A model generated the notes under the pieces. That model ran no database searches, had not been told where the DNA came from, and was given only the letters and a program-made list of their open reading frames with translations. A stretch of 64,000 bases of DNA, taken from the NCBI GenBank assembly GCA_010093605.1, contig MU004185.1, positions 1,571,334 through 1,635,333 of the forward strand. The letters run 5' to 3'. The position numbers were made by a program, and so were the translations under genes. This DNA comes from Lophium mytilinum. Taxonomy: Eukaryota. Below, piece after piece: positions 35,560 through 49,061 of this stretch; within the stretch, counting starts at the first letter, position 1, and each line of letters begins with the position of its first letter.

Positions 35560-37332
35560 TCAGGCTGTCGTATCATCAAGCGGAATGTCACGATGGTATA
35601 AGCGGGACTTATCATCATCCCACCCCTCGCAATATACGCCATTCTCTTCCCTACATTCTCCCTCTCCATTGCACCAGCACACAACCTTCCTAGGCATCGG
35701 CACAGAGTCATCCGGAAACCTCAATCCCCCACCCTCCCTCCTCCCATAATCTCCTGTCGTAACGGTCAAGCTGTTCACCTTGCTCCCCACCCTTCCCAAA
35801 TTCAAAAGCATGTCTTTGGCGTTCGTTAGGGTAAGGCGCGGCTCCGCGAGTGCCGCTACCAGTGGGCACTCCCTCGGATCCTCGTATCCAGCCTCCCTTG
35901 CCTCACATTTGGTGTTCCGCACCTGCTGGCCCCGATCCTCGAGGTCAAAATGCATATGCAGCTCGCGTAGGGCTTCAAAGCGGGCCAGCTCCATCGTTGG
36001 GTTAGGCCAGTCGGAACGGTCACGCAGGAAGTCGAGTTCAAGAGTGTGCAGGTCCGGCGCATGTTCATGGATCCGATCTAGCTGATGAACGAGGGAGGGG
36101 CGCGTGCGATTGAAACAACCGCCCTCGAACTCGTGGATACTGAGTTTACGAAGCGTGGCGCCGTGACGCTCTAGTATTGAGATGATGTCGAGGTGTTCGC
36201 CCATGCCTGAAACGCTAAGTTCGCCCAGGGGACGTAGGGAAGTTATGAAGGAAGTGTAGTTTGCGCGGAGTTGATGTGCTTCGTCGTCGAAATTGTAGAG
36301 GGTGGTTTCGTCGCCCCAAAACCCCCATTTGGGGCGGAGGGTTAGGGAGTCAAGGCTCTGGAGGATATCCTCGCCTTTGAACGCGTTCAGGAATGAGTTT
36401 GGAGGCAGGTCGATGTTGAGAGTTCGCAGCTTGCTCCAGTCCATGTGGTTCTTCCAGGCCGCTGTGGATCCTTCTTCGTTTCGCGTCGTGTCGTCCCAGT
36501 TATAGCCGGATAGCTCCAAGTGCTCTAGTGCGTGGAAGGTGTCGTAACCGTGAAAATTGAAGGACCAGGGATTACTCCCAATTGAGCACCCGCCTTGTGT
36601 GATGGAAAGCGACAGTGATTTGACCTTCGGACAAGCAGTGACAATATCGTAGACTTGATCGACTACAGATAGCTCATCGTGATTGGTATCGTAAGAAGCG
36701 CTTACTCTCAAACTGCTGGGGCATTTCCTCAAGGGGCGTATCTCCTGGTCGACTATCTGTGTGATGACGGTCGGCTTGTGGATTTGAGCCCAATGTGTGA
36801 GGTCGTCCATGACGGGGCGGTTCCACGACGACCAACTAATGCAGCATTAGCATCAGTATCTGTTGAAGAACTAATCTCATAGGTAGTCATACCTGACAGT
36901 CTCCAAGTTCGGTAAAACATCCATGATATTTAGCAAGGGCGTCAGGTCATCCCGAGGCGCGCCTGAAGATGGAAAAGCGACCTGAATGTGTTTTATGCGC
37001 GCTCTTGTTCCCAAGGCCTCCTCTCTTGCTATACATGCTGCAAGTTCGAGTGCACCGGTGGTAAAAGGTTGCACACCGAAGGGATAGATGATCGTGTGGA
37101 TTGTTTGTTGAAGCCATTTAGTACAATTCGTGGATGGTGAGAACGAGATCGGCGTCCGCAAACCTGGTGAACTCAAATAAGTAAAGGATGGGCCGAAAAT
37201 GTAGAGCTTGAAGGAGTTGTAGCTTTGTCTCATGCGGATATAGCCATGCGAAGGGTTTGGGATGAAGGTCACGCATAGCAAAATTGAAGCAAGACCGAAA
37301 ATGAAACATCCCCAGATTAATTGAGGAAGCAT
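35560..37332 (-). CDS. Hypothetical protein with N-terminal hydrophobic anchor and RNI/LRR-like repeats (intron 36836-36892)
   Basis: In-frame splice of ORFs 36877-37461 and 35560-36810. LxxLxL segments such as LEHLELSGY, MDWSKLRTLNI, LRKLSIHE. Confidence 0.7.
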
Positions 37333-37640
37333 TACAGCGCAGAGCCGAAAAATGAAAATAGGAAGTATCAAATAGAGCGGATTTCGAGGATGAACAACGC
37401 GTATGAAGACTTGTGAGATGAAATACCAACTCAGATATCCGTAATTCGGAGAAGGTTGCACATTACCTTAACCTAACGAACGACGATATATATAGAAGAA
37501 TCTCGTTCAAGAGACGTGGCAGTTATCAGGTATAATACTGCTGCCTTGGTTGCAGAGCGAAGGATTCGTTAGCCTGGAGGCCTGAGCTGGTACTCTAGTC
37601 TTGGCAGGACCACATGCTATATATGAAATGTAAAACTGGT

Positions 37641-38847
37641 CTACTGCTGGACCAACACAGCCACGAAATCATCGCGGAAATTCTTGCGGAAATCCCTTTC
37701 GGTCTTCTGAGATTTCCAGCCCAGCTCCCTGATCTTAAGGGCTCTGCTCCGAGAACTGAAAACCAATCCGTTAGCAATCGAAATATTCGAGGGAACACAA
37801 GAGCTTACTTGGAAGCATATGACAGCTCAAGAACTGGATTACTTAATCCGTAGCCTACCTGAACAGCCTCTTCCAGTGTGATGGGCTTGAGTTCATTGGT
37901 CTTGAGAACTCCCAGCTCCTTTCCAGCATCAGCAATTCCTTGCATGAGATCTCTCCACGCATAATACCCTGTTTCTGAGAAATATATCCCCTCTTTGCCC
38001 GATGGAATATCATCCCCATCCAAGATCTTCGCAAGCATGAGCTCAAACATCGTCGACAGGTCGGCAATATGGATATAATCCCACACAGCCTTCCCATCAC
38101 CAAGCAGCAATGCTTGCCCAGCTTTGATAGCCGCATGCATCAGGACTGGGATTTGGATAGAAGTCTTGCTGAAAAAGCCAGTCCCGATGCCATAGATCGT
38201 TGGTGACTGGATCATGTACGTTTTGACGCCGAGTTTGAGGCCTAGTTGAGGAATCACGAGAGTGGTGGTTCGTGGTGCGTATTCTTCTGCTGCATTGCGC
38301 TCCTGTAGATAGCTATAGATGTCGTCTTTGTCAGAGAAGACGCGGTCTTCGCGGTAGGTACCAGTTACGGGGCGGTCGGCGATGCACGAAGTTCCACTTT
38401 CCTGTGATGGTTTAGTTAGTTGATACAAGGGACGTGGATATTGCTGACCTGGATGAAATGCAGCTGCTTGCCAGTCTGTTTGGCTCGGTCACCGAGACCG
38501 CGGAGGAGAGCCTTCGCGGCTTCGGTCTGGAACACAAAAGCAGGATTGATGATAACTACAGGGGATATATTAGAGGGATCCACTCTGGAAGTGCAGAAAA
38601 GCACAAACGCGAACCTACCATCATAGTTGCTTGCAATCTTGCGAAGTAGATCCAAATCCTCAATTCCCTGGATAATCTCGGGCTCGATACCCTTGCTTCT
38701 TAGTACTGCGGCATTGTTTTCGCCGCGCACCAGTCCTGCAAGTTTGATATTCTTGAGAGATGGGAAATGGGTTTCGAGTAAGGTGCTCAGCACCGACCCT
38801 CCGATAAATCCTGTCACACCGGTAATAAGGACTTTGGTAGACGCCAT
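37641..38847 (-). CDS. NAD(P)-binding atypical SDR / epimerase-dehydratase family protein (4 exons)
   Basis: KVLITGVTGFIGGSVL Rossmann motif, SGTS, PTIYGIGTG, WDYIHIADL, terminal exon SRSRALKIRELGW. Confidence 0.9.
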
Positions 38848-39536
38848 TGAATAATGTAAGAAATTGATCTTGAACGATTGAGAGATTTGAGGGAAATGAG
38901 TGTCAATCAACGAGGTCGAGAATGCTGGTTCGCGACTGGATTGATAAACTGTGATGCGGTGGTGTTAAGCAACGAAATCTACCTCCTTATACCGCATCTT
39001 CCGAGCTTGAGACTGTCGATGAGCGTTATTTTTGTAACACCTTCAAAGAGCGAAGCGCGGGCGTGTTTTCTGGCATTATTCAGCGCCGCATTTCTAAGCC
39101 TCTATGGTTCTGCGCCATTGGACCATTGCAAGAACTTGGAAATGAGTTTTGCTGCAAAGAACCTGTTTTAAGGCGTGACTAAAACCGCATCCTGTTGGTT
39201 TGATTGACTGTGATAGGAAGTAAAGCTCTTAGCGTTCGGCCTGGTCGGGGGGATCGGGATTGCCATACCCCCATTGGGATTAGAGCTTTTCCACTTGCTC
39301 TCGGCGCTGGATCATCGCAGGCTCCAAGAGTTTAACGATAGAAGGAATTGACCCCAAAGAACGGTGTAGAACCTTGCTGGTTGTCGTGATAATAGGTTTA
39401 AAGGCATTAAAGTGTGAGTGCGGAAGAGAAGAAAGGTTACGAGGAGCTTTTCCTTGACTGAAAGTGGGAAGCTGTGCGACAGGGATATAATCGAACGGAA
39501 GGATTGGTTATCAATCAAGCCTCCCAAGCTATTCTA

Positions 39537-40331
39537 CTAGCTCCGTACACAGGACCATTGCGACTTCTTACATATGTCTGCTACAAGTAATTGCTTATAC
39601 TCGTCTCCAAGACGACGGAATTCCGCGACCCGATATCTCGCTGACGCACTGGAGTACGGCACGCCTCTTCCCATTCCCCAGAACACAAACGCTAGCGAAA
39701 CGTTCTCCAGCCCTCTCATAGCATGTACAGGTTTCAACAACCATGCGTAGATCTTCGAAATATCTTGAGGACGTAGGCGTAGGTTATGGAGCAATCGTGG
39801 CGGTAATTCGACTCTTATATGAAACTCCCGTAGCCGGCTCTCCTGATGGCTTAGCCATTTGACCAGGGTTGGTAAAACCTCTTCTACTAATGCGCAATCA
39901 TTTGGATCTATTCCTTCCAGGACTTTCAACACCGGCTGAGTCGGGAGTACGATATGCAGTCGCAATGTTTTCATCTTCCGCAGGCCTGGATGAGGCGAGG
40001 CCAACCCAGCGTGAATTGCTGCAGTCCGGATCACCGTACGCGGATGAAGCCCTATAGATTCATTGCACGCAAACATCTGGTATTCAACCCCGCCGTACCA
40101 TTCCCCAAGAGCTTCGTTGTAGATTGTCCGGCACACGCGAAGGATGACTGGATGGCATTTCTCTCCGTCGTCTCGGAGCGGTTTTGGGTTATAGATGGTC
40201 CATGGTTCTACTGGCTTGTTGGGTGCCAGGAAGCGGTATATGTGTAGGCGAAGCTCCACGGGTAGTTCTAGTAAAGGGAATGAGGCGGCTGCATGCTGCG
40301 TTGCAATGGAATCTGGCCCTTCGCAGGGCAT
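39537..40331 (-). CDS. F-box-like hypothetical protein (264 aa)
   Basis: FPLLELPVELRLHIYRFL and ILRVCRTIYNEA motifs, common in fungal F-box-like/DUF7730-type proteins. Confidence 0.7.
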   Translation of the reverse strand: MPCEGPDSIATQHAAASFPLLELPVELRLHIYRFLAPNKPVEPWTIYNPKPLRDDGEKCHPVILRVCRTIYNEALGEWYGGVEYQMFACNESIGLHPRTVIRTAAIHAGLASPHPGLRKMKTLRLHIVLPTQPVLKVLEGIDPNDCALVEEVLPTLVKWLSHQESRLREFHIRVELPPRLLHNLRLRPQDISKIYAWLLKPVHAMRGLENVSLAFVFWGMGRGVPYSSASARYRVAEFRRLGDEYKQLLVADICKKSQWSCVRS

Positions 40332-40850
40332 CTCTCGTGTCTTGGGTTATCTACCTAGATAGTATTAGCATTGGCCTTCGGCGCACGATTAGGAGTGCTA
40401 CTTACGGTATCCAATAAGTTCAGTACCTGTGGTGTTGCGTGAAGAAGGCCGTGGAGGGCTGTGGTGGTTCAAGCTGTGCCGCACTTGAGGATGTTACAAT
40501 TCCTCCCTAATTTGGACCCTGAACTCTTTCATTACAAACGCACTTCAGCTGATATCACAAGGTAGTCTGACAGTCAACAATAATCAATTCGAGCTGCGCG
40601 TTTCACTCCCACAGAAACTGTAGAGCTTGGGCTTGCATCAAAGTATTCTATCCTCGGCGGTAGCGTCATATGATAGGATCTACGGTGATCCTACGTATTC
40701 TAACTCGTTTCGGATTCACTCCCGACAAGCATGTTGGTGGTACATTTGTAATTATTCGAGGCATACGCGATTGTGCTACTTTCTTTCGTTCCACCAGCGC
40801 GATTTCAACCAACAAGACCTCCCAGTACACAAGTTTAACAGCCCGAAACC

Positions 40851-41228
40851 ATGATTCTCGAAACTTTCACGCGGATATTTGTCAACCAAGACGCGTTGCA
40901 AAGCACCATCGAGCTCTACACCTCGCTGCTATCAGGGCAACAAACCCTGCGTTTCTCGTATCCGGAAACGGGACTCGAGCTTGCCGCAGTTTCTTCCAAG
41001 CACCTCAGCGTCCTAATCATTGCTGGCTCCTCTGAGCAGATTGCATCGTTCACGGAGACTCGTCTGACTATCAAAGTCGACCATCTGGAGCCTTACGTGG
41101 ATATCCTCACAAAAGCTGAGGCGACCCCGCTAGAGCCGATCCAGAAGACGCCCGTCGGCAGGAAGATGCGATTTCGACATGCAGATGGGATGGTAGTTGA
41201 GTATGTGGATCATGAAGCGAAGAAATAG
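40851..41228 (+). CDS. VOC/glyoxalase-bleomycin resistance superfamily protein (125 aa, intronless)
   Basis: TRIFV......IELY..L.....LRFSYP..GLELA.V...LIIAG...TPVGRKMRFRHADGMVVEYV pattern. Confidence 0.8.
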   Translation: MILETFTRIFVNQDALQSTIELYTSLLSGQQTLRFSYPETGLELAAVSSKHLSVLIIAGSSEQIASFTETRLTIKVDHLEPYVDILTKAEATPLEPIQKTPVGRKMRFRHADGMVVEYVDHEAKK

Positions 41229-41510
41229 CGGGATGTAACTGTATGCATTCGATAAGTAGAATCTGCGTACCCCTTCATGACACTGTAGTTGCTTTCTTCA
41301 TGTCAAACCGTACTTCCTCGTAAAACAACTCAGTTCAAAGAACAGGCCAGCGTTTATAACCATTCTCCGCTTCAGTGGTCGGCAGCCCGAGGTATTATCG
41401 TTGACAATGATTTCTCAAACTTCACTTCTCCACCCATTTGCGGACGCCCTCGCCGTGCGACGAGCTGCTATAGCACAAGTCAGCTTCCCGGCAACCTTCT
41501 ATAATCTATA

Positions 41511-41990
41511 TTAGTAGAACATACCTTCTTGGGCAGCCATCTGCCGTTGATACCGCTCATACCCCCTCATCTCCGCCTCATGGTCTCTGGCCCTCTTCCT
41601 GTCAGAATACTCGACGGCCTCTCGATGCCTAGCAGCCTCTACCCTATCCTGCCGCTCTCTCGTCATCTTCCTCTGCTTCGCCGAATCCAAGTCTCGCTTC
41701 AGATGCTGAAGCGAATCTCTATCACGCCCCTGCGGCGTATATCGCGGCTCCCTAGACTCCCCGCCAAGCTTGGACGCAACGGCAGAGAAGAACCCGATGG
41801 ACTCGCCAGCAGATTTCCCCGCGCCGTACGCGGTGGATTGTTGGGAGGCTGCGTTGACGCTCATGTTTCCGTAGTTCTGGACCACGTGACCGACTTGCTT
41901 CGCGCTTGCTTTCTTGAGACCGACCGCTGCGGTTTTGGAGAAGCCCCATTTAGCGCTGAGACCTGTTGCCGCGGTGAAGGGGTCGATCAT
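41511..41990 (-). CDS. Hypothetical protein (159 aa) with charged coiled-coil C-terminus
   Basis: ATG-started ORF with C-rich 5' and G-rich 3' halves, like neighbouring genes; no family recognised. Confidence 0.55.
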   Translation of the reverse strand: MIDPFTAATGLSAKWGFSKTAAVGLKKASAKQVGHVVQNYGNMSVNAASQQSTAYGAGKSAGESIGFFSAVASKLGGESREPRYTPQGRDRDSLQHLKRDLDSAKQRKMTRERQDRVEAARHREAVEYSDRKRARDHEAEMRGYERYQRQMAAQEGMFY

Positions 41991-42532
41991 TTTGGCTAGA
42001 AAGAGAGAAATGAGGACAGTATGTTGAGAATGGTGCGCGAGGCTGGTGGTTTGTGGGCCGCCTGGGACTCGGAGGAGGGTATCAAGCAGGATTTATGCTT
42101 CCTTTCAGCTCAGCCTTCCGTTCAACTGTACAGGGTACGGAGTATCTTAGTCTTTGCTCTTATTGGGTTCTGATGTACGTTCGCGTAACTTGAGCCTTCT
42201 ATTGGTGTTTCTCTTGCAGGAGGGTGTAGCGGGGTATTCGCCAGACCCAGGAGCTCATGGCCCAAGACCTCAGACGCGAAGACAAGGGATGTAGGCTGCC
42301 ATCTCAGCCTTGTAAGTAAGTCTGCTTTCGACTGGAGATTGAAGCAAGGCACATATGCTACACGCAGGGAAGCTTTTCAAGCCATTAACCAGGGGTACAA
42401 GGGTACGCATCGCATCCGAGGAGGAGAAATACAGAATATTTGCAGACAAGTATATTACGAGATCCTGAGCTGATCTAGCGAAACCTAAACCAACATCCCA
42501 AACGAAATTAGGTCGCTCCTACTCGATACCGT

Positions 42533-44916
42533 TCATCTCATTTCAAATACCTCCGCTTTGATGTCATGGTCATTCTGATACTTGATGGCCTTACCGTCCA
42601 TATAGCCATGGACATAGCACTCTCCAGTGAGCTGATAATAGACGCCTCTAGCCTTATCCTTCTGCTTTGACTCATCGTCATCTTTCTTTCGTTTCTGTTG
42701 CACTGGCTTCGAGCTGGGTTTCGGTTTTAAAGGAGGAGCAGTCTTCGGCCCAGCCGCAGCTTTCGGTGCTGATCCATTCATATGCGGCACAGGCATCTCC
42801 GTCGTCCTTCCCATGTCTTCGAGAGGATCCCTCTTCCGTTTCCGACTCTCCCTGAACCCTCGCTGGATCTTAGTTGCAGCGATCTCCCTCTGTCTCGCGA
42901 GTTCTTCCTCGTCTTCCGCCTGCTCCTTCGCCATCTCCTCAGCCGTCTTCTCAAACCTCCTCAAAACCACAGGAACACTGCACCCATACAAGATGCAAAT
43001 CAAGTCGCCCTCTTTGGCATCTTCATGCACAATCCCCAAGTCACTACTCTTCGTCCGCATCAGGCTCCTATTCCAAATCACCGCCTGAACTCCCCGGAAA
43101 AACTCTGCAACAACCGAACACCGCCCATCATTAATCAGCTCCGTCGTATTCAAGCTCCCACTCGTCAGCCCCTTCGTAACACTCTCCTTGCACGCCCTCG
43201 CATAATACGTCGGCGGATTCCTGCCAAGCCTCCCTCGATCCGCTACCAAAGTGCGCCAGAACTCCTGCGGCGGGTCGTCCTCAATGTCCTCCCAGCCGCC
43301 CTGGGAAATCCATTTCTCAGGAATATTGCCAGACTACGACGCCATCGAGACCTTGCCGACTTAGTCGAGCACGAAACCGAGGACATACATGCTGAAATGG
43401 CCCTCCCGCTTCCGGAACCTGAGAACATCCAGATCGACTTCCCGGTTCTCGGCAGCGCTGTAGTTCCGGTGGCTCAGGCTGGGGAGGCCAACGAGGGGAT
43501 CCGCGTTCTGGCGGCCCATTTTGAGCTCGCCATTAGGGTGCGTGTACATAGCGTAGGCGGCGCCGAAGAGTTTAGGGATCCAAGAGGGCATGGCCTGGTC
43601 GTCTTCGACCTTGCCGGGGACATCGTCTGGCTTGCTGTGGCCTTTCCGCTTGACAGTGGCTTCTTGATTTTCTTCTGCTTCCTTTGGGTCGGGGTGGGCG
43701 CCCACGGCCTGCAGATGACGTCGAGAGCTTGGGTTTTGTTCTCGGACTGGCGGATCGAGAAAAGGATGAATTCTTTGCAGATGGCGATGAAGGGAAGGCT
43801 GTGGTCGACTTTATAGGGCTTGGCTTTCATGTTGCGGTACGCCCATGCGTTCAGCTGGGCCTTCGCTGGGGTGGCGCTTGAGGCCGTGTTTCCGTGGATG
43901 ACGGCGACTGGGGCGGTGTCTTTGGCGATTGCTAAGAGCGAGTAGATCGTGTCTCTCGGTTCTGTTGCCTGGAACACAGACAGTGTGGACACGAGGTACT
44001 CCAGACTGAGCAAAGGCTGCCGTTTCTGACGCTTCGACACCCGGAACAACGTCCCCGTAGCATCAACGAGCAAGCTCGCACCAAGCGCAGACACATACTC
44101 GAACCATCCCGGCACATGATAGAACTTCGGATCCATCTTCATCACCTCCGAAAGCCTGTGCGTCGCCGTCTCAACCTCGACGAACAGCTGCACAGCATCC
44201 GAAAAGTCCTTCCACGGGATAGAATCATTGCCGCAGTATATAGCCGCTTCGTTCGCCAGCGCAATCTCCTGAACCACCCAGCGCCGCGAGAAACACGGCC
44301 GCTTCATCAGGTTCAGCATTGCGCCCCACTTATGGCTGGAGGTAGGATCTTCGCACAGCTCATCGAAGCGCTCCAGACGAAGCACTTCGTCCTTGATAAA
44401 GTCGAGCGCGATCTTGCTGTCTTTATCTACCTCCCCGATCCAAACACACACACTACTAGCGCAGCCGTAGATCTTCGACATCATAGGCACCTGGCGATTC
44501 TTCTCGTTTGTATTTTTCTGATTCATGCAGATCGCGTCCACCCAGAGCACGCGTACATTGCGCCGGTCGCGGAGCGCTTTCAGTGCGGCTGCGAGACTGG
44601 GAGGGACGAGCTGGTAGTAGTCTTCGCCTTTGTGGCTGACGCGGATCTTTTGGTCCCAGGGGAGGGTTCCCCAGTTCCAGGACAACGCTTCATACTCCGT
44701 CTTCTTGTTCTTAGATTTGTCGGCTTTCTCGGCGTCGTGCCAGTCAAGGTCCTCTTCGACGAGGTCGCAGACCACTTCTCCGGATTTCCGTCCGCCGGGT
44801 TTGAGTTTTAGGAGACGGATGGAATTGGGCTTCTCGAGGTCGCTGTATTTGTATTCATTTAGTTCTTCTTCTGATTCTTCTGACTCGCTTGTAGTTTTCT
44901 GATCGCGTCGGGGCAT
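42533..44916 (-). pseudogene. HET-domain (HET-6-like) heterokaryon incompatibility gene, disrupted
   Basis: IRLLKL, YEALSWNWG, LWVDAICMNQ...EKNRQVPMMSKIY, FSRRWVVQE, GDLICILYGCSVPVVLR, GECYVHGYMDG. Frameshift near 43695 and in-frame stops at 43361-43363 (TAA) and 43334-43336 (TAG). Confidence 0.88.
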
Positions 44917-45823
44917 GATTACGGTACTGTGGGTGAGTTTACAGGGTGTAGTAATGTTTGGAGAATCGTTCGATGAAATACTCCATACTTATGTCCCCCA
45001 CCCCCGTGCGGCTGAAGCCAAGCTACAATATTGGCACGGCTTGTTTTTCTGACAGTTCTTGAAGTTCACCAATGAAGCTTGTGATCATCCCTCCATACCA
45101 AAAGATGTGGAGCCTGAATGCGGTTCGACATCCGCCAGCCTGCTTCCAGCCTTGCTGCAGCCACATCTCAAGAGCGCTTAGTAGGCCCCTTACCTCTTTT
45201 AACACCTTCCTGGAGCAGACTGTGCTGATGTCCCCGATCTGTCATTGGCCGATAATCAGCCCAGCAGCTGGGGGGCGTAGGTTGATAAGGGGGCGAGAGG
45301 GTTCCGAGCTGGTGAAGGCGCGACAAGCTTTACCGAGTGGATCCTTTTTGGCCAAGGCTGAGAGACGCTAGCGGGCCGACCCCTTGTCGCGCCGTGAACA
45401 CATGGGGACGCAGACGAGGCTGAAGGATGGGGGCTGAGATTTAGAATGGATGGTTGGTAGATAGCAATCAAGTCTGGGAGATACCAATCTAAGACTTACT
45501 CCACACATGCCTGAAAACTGAGCGATTGTGAAATCCAACCACAAGGAATCAAAAACCACTTCACCTTGATAAATTTCACCCCTGGATGTTTGCTAACACG
45601 TAAGCACATCCAACTATGTTTGAAAGTGTTTATGATATTTCAAAGGCGTAATAGTAGTACAGACGTCCTGTTTAAATGCACCTTGTAGCTGGATGGTATC
45701 TGGAAGAGCATAGCCGACCCAACTGAGAAAAAAAGGAAATCCGTGTCACATATATGCACCGTCCTGCGCCCTTTTCCGAAGCACGACCAAATAGTGAAAA
45801 GCACGGTGCTACCGTTGGTATCG

Positions 45824-47876
45824 TTAAATAGAGGTAATTCGTCCCGAGTAGTTGGTTCTTTGTGGCCGAAGATTTATCACAGACTCCAGCTCTTTCATCA
45901 TATTGTTGCTTGCCTCTCTCTGCTCTCGGAGTGAGACTTGCCGCGCGCGATCTTCCTGGATTTTCACCATTCGCTCTTCGCGCGAGAGTGTCTTTCGTGT
46001 GCGAGGTATCGCTATAGCCTCAAAGATCTCGTCATCGGAGTTGCTGCCAGAAATGCTGGGAGTGGTTGAGTGTGCTGGTGATGCGCCAGTCAAGGCCCGT
46101 AGAGCGTCGGACGGGGTGCCCTCTTCCACCACGGTAAGACCGCCTAGGCTGGGTACAGGTGAGCGCATGCCGCCTGAAGACGCCTGGGAGACACGCCGTT
46201 CGTGTCTGTCGATGTTTAACGCTAGCGAAGCTTTACCAGTTTCCCAGGCCGAAACGAGACTTTTCAGATCCGCACCGATCGAGTCGTACTGAGTCATGAG
46301 AGTAGTACCGAGTTCTGAGATGTCTTCAGACTCTTCTAGACTCTTGTTGGATTCTTCCCTAAGAATCTGCATCTTGGCTTGGAGTCCTCTGATGCCTTGA
46401 GATAGACCACTTAGCTTCCGGACCGAAGCGCGGAGCTTTTCGCGCCCTGGATTCGACTGAATCTTGATTGGGGAAGGTACCACGAACTCTGAAGATGGCA
46501 TTAGCTCAGTAATAATAATTTGTGGATGAAGACGCATACGCTCTTCCTCTCCTAATGTGCGATTTATTTTGTCGCTCCATTCTCCGGTAGGGATCGTAAC
46601 TTGCTCGATCGCCTGGATAGCCACACGCCACCGTGTGAAGTCATTTTTCCCACCATCTGCTTCTAGCGCTAAAAGTGAACAGAGCAATAGTCGCCGTAGC
46701 GTGGCAAGACGGTATTGATATGTGCGGAGAGCTTTTAGAGTTTCTTCGTCTTCGAATTCCGACTCGGAGTAGCCTAATTGCGCCTCTTGAAGGTCTGGGT
46801 TATTGATATCATACACGTCCAGGTATTTCTCCAAGTCATCCTCTTCAATAAGCTGTCGTAGAGTGGCGCATTGCTCCGCGAGCAATGGTATGGTGGCTGC
46901 GAACGCGCTCTTGAGGCTTTTACGTAGTCGGTGGCACCGCCGTGTTTGTCCTTTCTCCTCGAGTCGTGTGATTGGTGGAAGTGGACTGCTACTGCCACAT
47001 AGTTAGCACAACTCGTTCCAATTGCAATCAAAACCTTACAGTCGATATCCTCGCGAGACTAGTTCCACTTCTTGGATCAACGCTAAAGCTGAAGCGGTGG
47101 AGGCATCGAATGCCTGCAGGTTGGTGATAAGGTTCGAGGCGCCATCCACCGCCTGTTGTCTCAGATATTGAAGCCAGTGTCGCCTCATGTATGCGTAGCA
47201 TATTGTTGCAACCACCGCAAACACCAGGAATACGAGTAGCAGCCTCCCTTTGCTGAAGCCCGACGACCTGCTTCGGGACCAGTGTAGTAGCCATACCAGT
47301 AAAAAAGCTGTCGCTCCGGTCACAGCTGCTCCAGTAAGTTTTATACTGCCAGCCTTGAAGTTCGGTGCCTGGGATTGCTTGTCGAGACCAAAGTTTGGGA
47401 TTGCTACGGTTCTGAAGCTGCTTTGCCCAGTATGCTCGCTGAGTAGTTGGGATGCGACTATGAGGTATCGGAAGTGTTCGATGAAGCGCTGGTTGTCTGC
47501 TCGTCCGAGTCGCGAATTGACTGCCCGCTACAATGCCCAAAAGTCAGCCCTGATCTGCCTCCGCTTCTGGCCGCAACTCACCGAACAGGTCGTATGTATC
47601 CGCGCAATAGGTCCATTCTTGGGAATCGGGATCCGCAAAGGCCGCGGTAGCCTATCTCGAATGCGGGACTGTAAGGTGGAGGGCCCTCGGGGAGCGAAAC
47701 TGGTGGTCCTAGGTGACGACGGCGGTGTGGAGGCTGCCGGAGACGAAGCCCTGCCTTGTCCCTCACCTTCACAGGGTATTAGCCTGCGAGATTCCATGGA
47801 GTCTTGAGGTCGGGAATGCTGCTATACCCTCTAGATACTCGGCCAACGGCGAGTCCTCATAGATAATGCTCTCCAT
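45824..47876 (-). CDS. Vezatin-like (myosin-binding domain) membrane protein, multi-exon
   Basis: MESIIYEDSPLAEYLE start, F.EHFRYLIVASQLL, two TM segments, LIQEVELVSRGYR|.SSPLPPITRLE, C-terminal ELESVI. Confidence 0.88.
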
Positions 47877-49061
47877 CAAATGATCATGGTGGTGTGGTGC
47901 GGAGGTCTCGCGCGCAACAGCGGGTTGTTCACGAGACGTAGGTTTCACTGCGGTCTCTCAAACTAGCATATCTGTGCGCCCACGAAAGTAAGTAGATATA
48001 TAGGGGATGTTCGGAGGAGCCAGATGTCAGGAGTGAGGCCCTAAGCAACGCGCACAAGCCCGTGTTTGTCTAGATGGAATAGTAGGCAAGGGGTGTTAAT
48101 CCTGGTAGTGATTCGGGGCCTAGGTGTCCTAGCGCGCGCTTCGCTTCGTGGATGTTTCTTCGTACACCAGAGTCTCCCAAAACTCAACCACATCTGAAAC
48201 AGCACATGACAGCTGGCGAATCCGGGCTGTTGGTGAGAATATGCTGACTTCACGTCTTGCTGGGTCATTGTTCTCACGGACCTCTAGCACCCCCTTCTTA
48301 TAAAGGATGACTTGTTCCTTCAACCAAGTTACGCACCTGCAAATCCTTCTATGTAGTCTTCAGTGTCGAACTTCGATCGTTATGGGTTCTCTTCGGAGCA
48401 AGGATAGCTCTGACAGCTTATTTGTCGATCAGCTCTAGGACTCGGTTGACGAACTCCCAATTCCCACCCCCGCAACTTCACCACCAGGACCGTCGCATTT
48501 CGAATAGTTGAGGGGGGCCTCAGCAGGTGATCCAAGTTCACAAATCACACGCATATCACGCCGATTTCCACATTGTAAAGAGTTCTAAGCCGCAGTTCAT
48601 TAGATACCGCTCACACGCTCGCTTCGTCTACCCAAAGCCCAGAGTATACACAGCCGGGTAAGCCAGCAACAAGCAGCCAGCGCACCAGCTTCCGCCGCGC
48701 CGTCAACCTCATGAGAATCGTAGAGCAACTCCCATGCCCGCCCCCCGCCATTAACCCCGGAGAAAAGAGAAAGTTGACCCAGAAAGTGTGCACAAGAAAA
48801 GAACCGAAAATAAAGAAGTAGAAAAAGAGAAACCGTCGCAAAATGCAACAACGGACGCTAAGGCCCATTTCTAAAAAGGGGGGAGGCGGCATCCACCCAC
48901 ACGAACGCCCAGTGCTGAAAACCCCTTGCAACAAAAACCGCAAGGTTCCGATCAAATATATCCCCCGTACCTGGTATCATAGTAATAGGTTAAGGAAAGG
49001 GCTCAAGGCTGTTCTAAAGATGGGAAGTTAGATCTGTCGGACTCCTAGAGCTTCATAAAGG

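Noticed and set aside
42782..43816. 344-aa + strand ORF, and similar long antisense ORFs at 44116, 50444, 51068 and 57228
   Set aside because: Antisense shadows of GC-rich real genes on the other strand.
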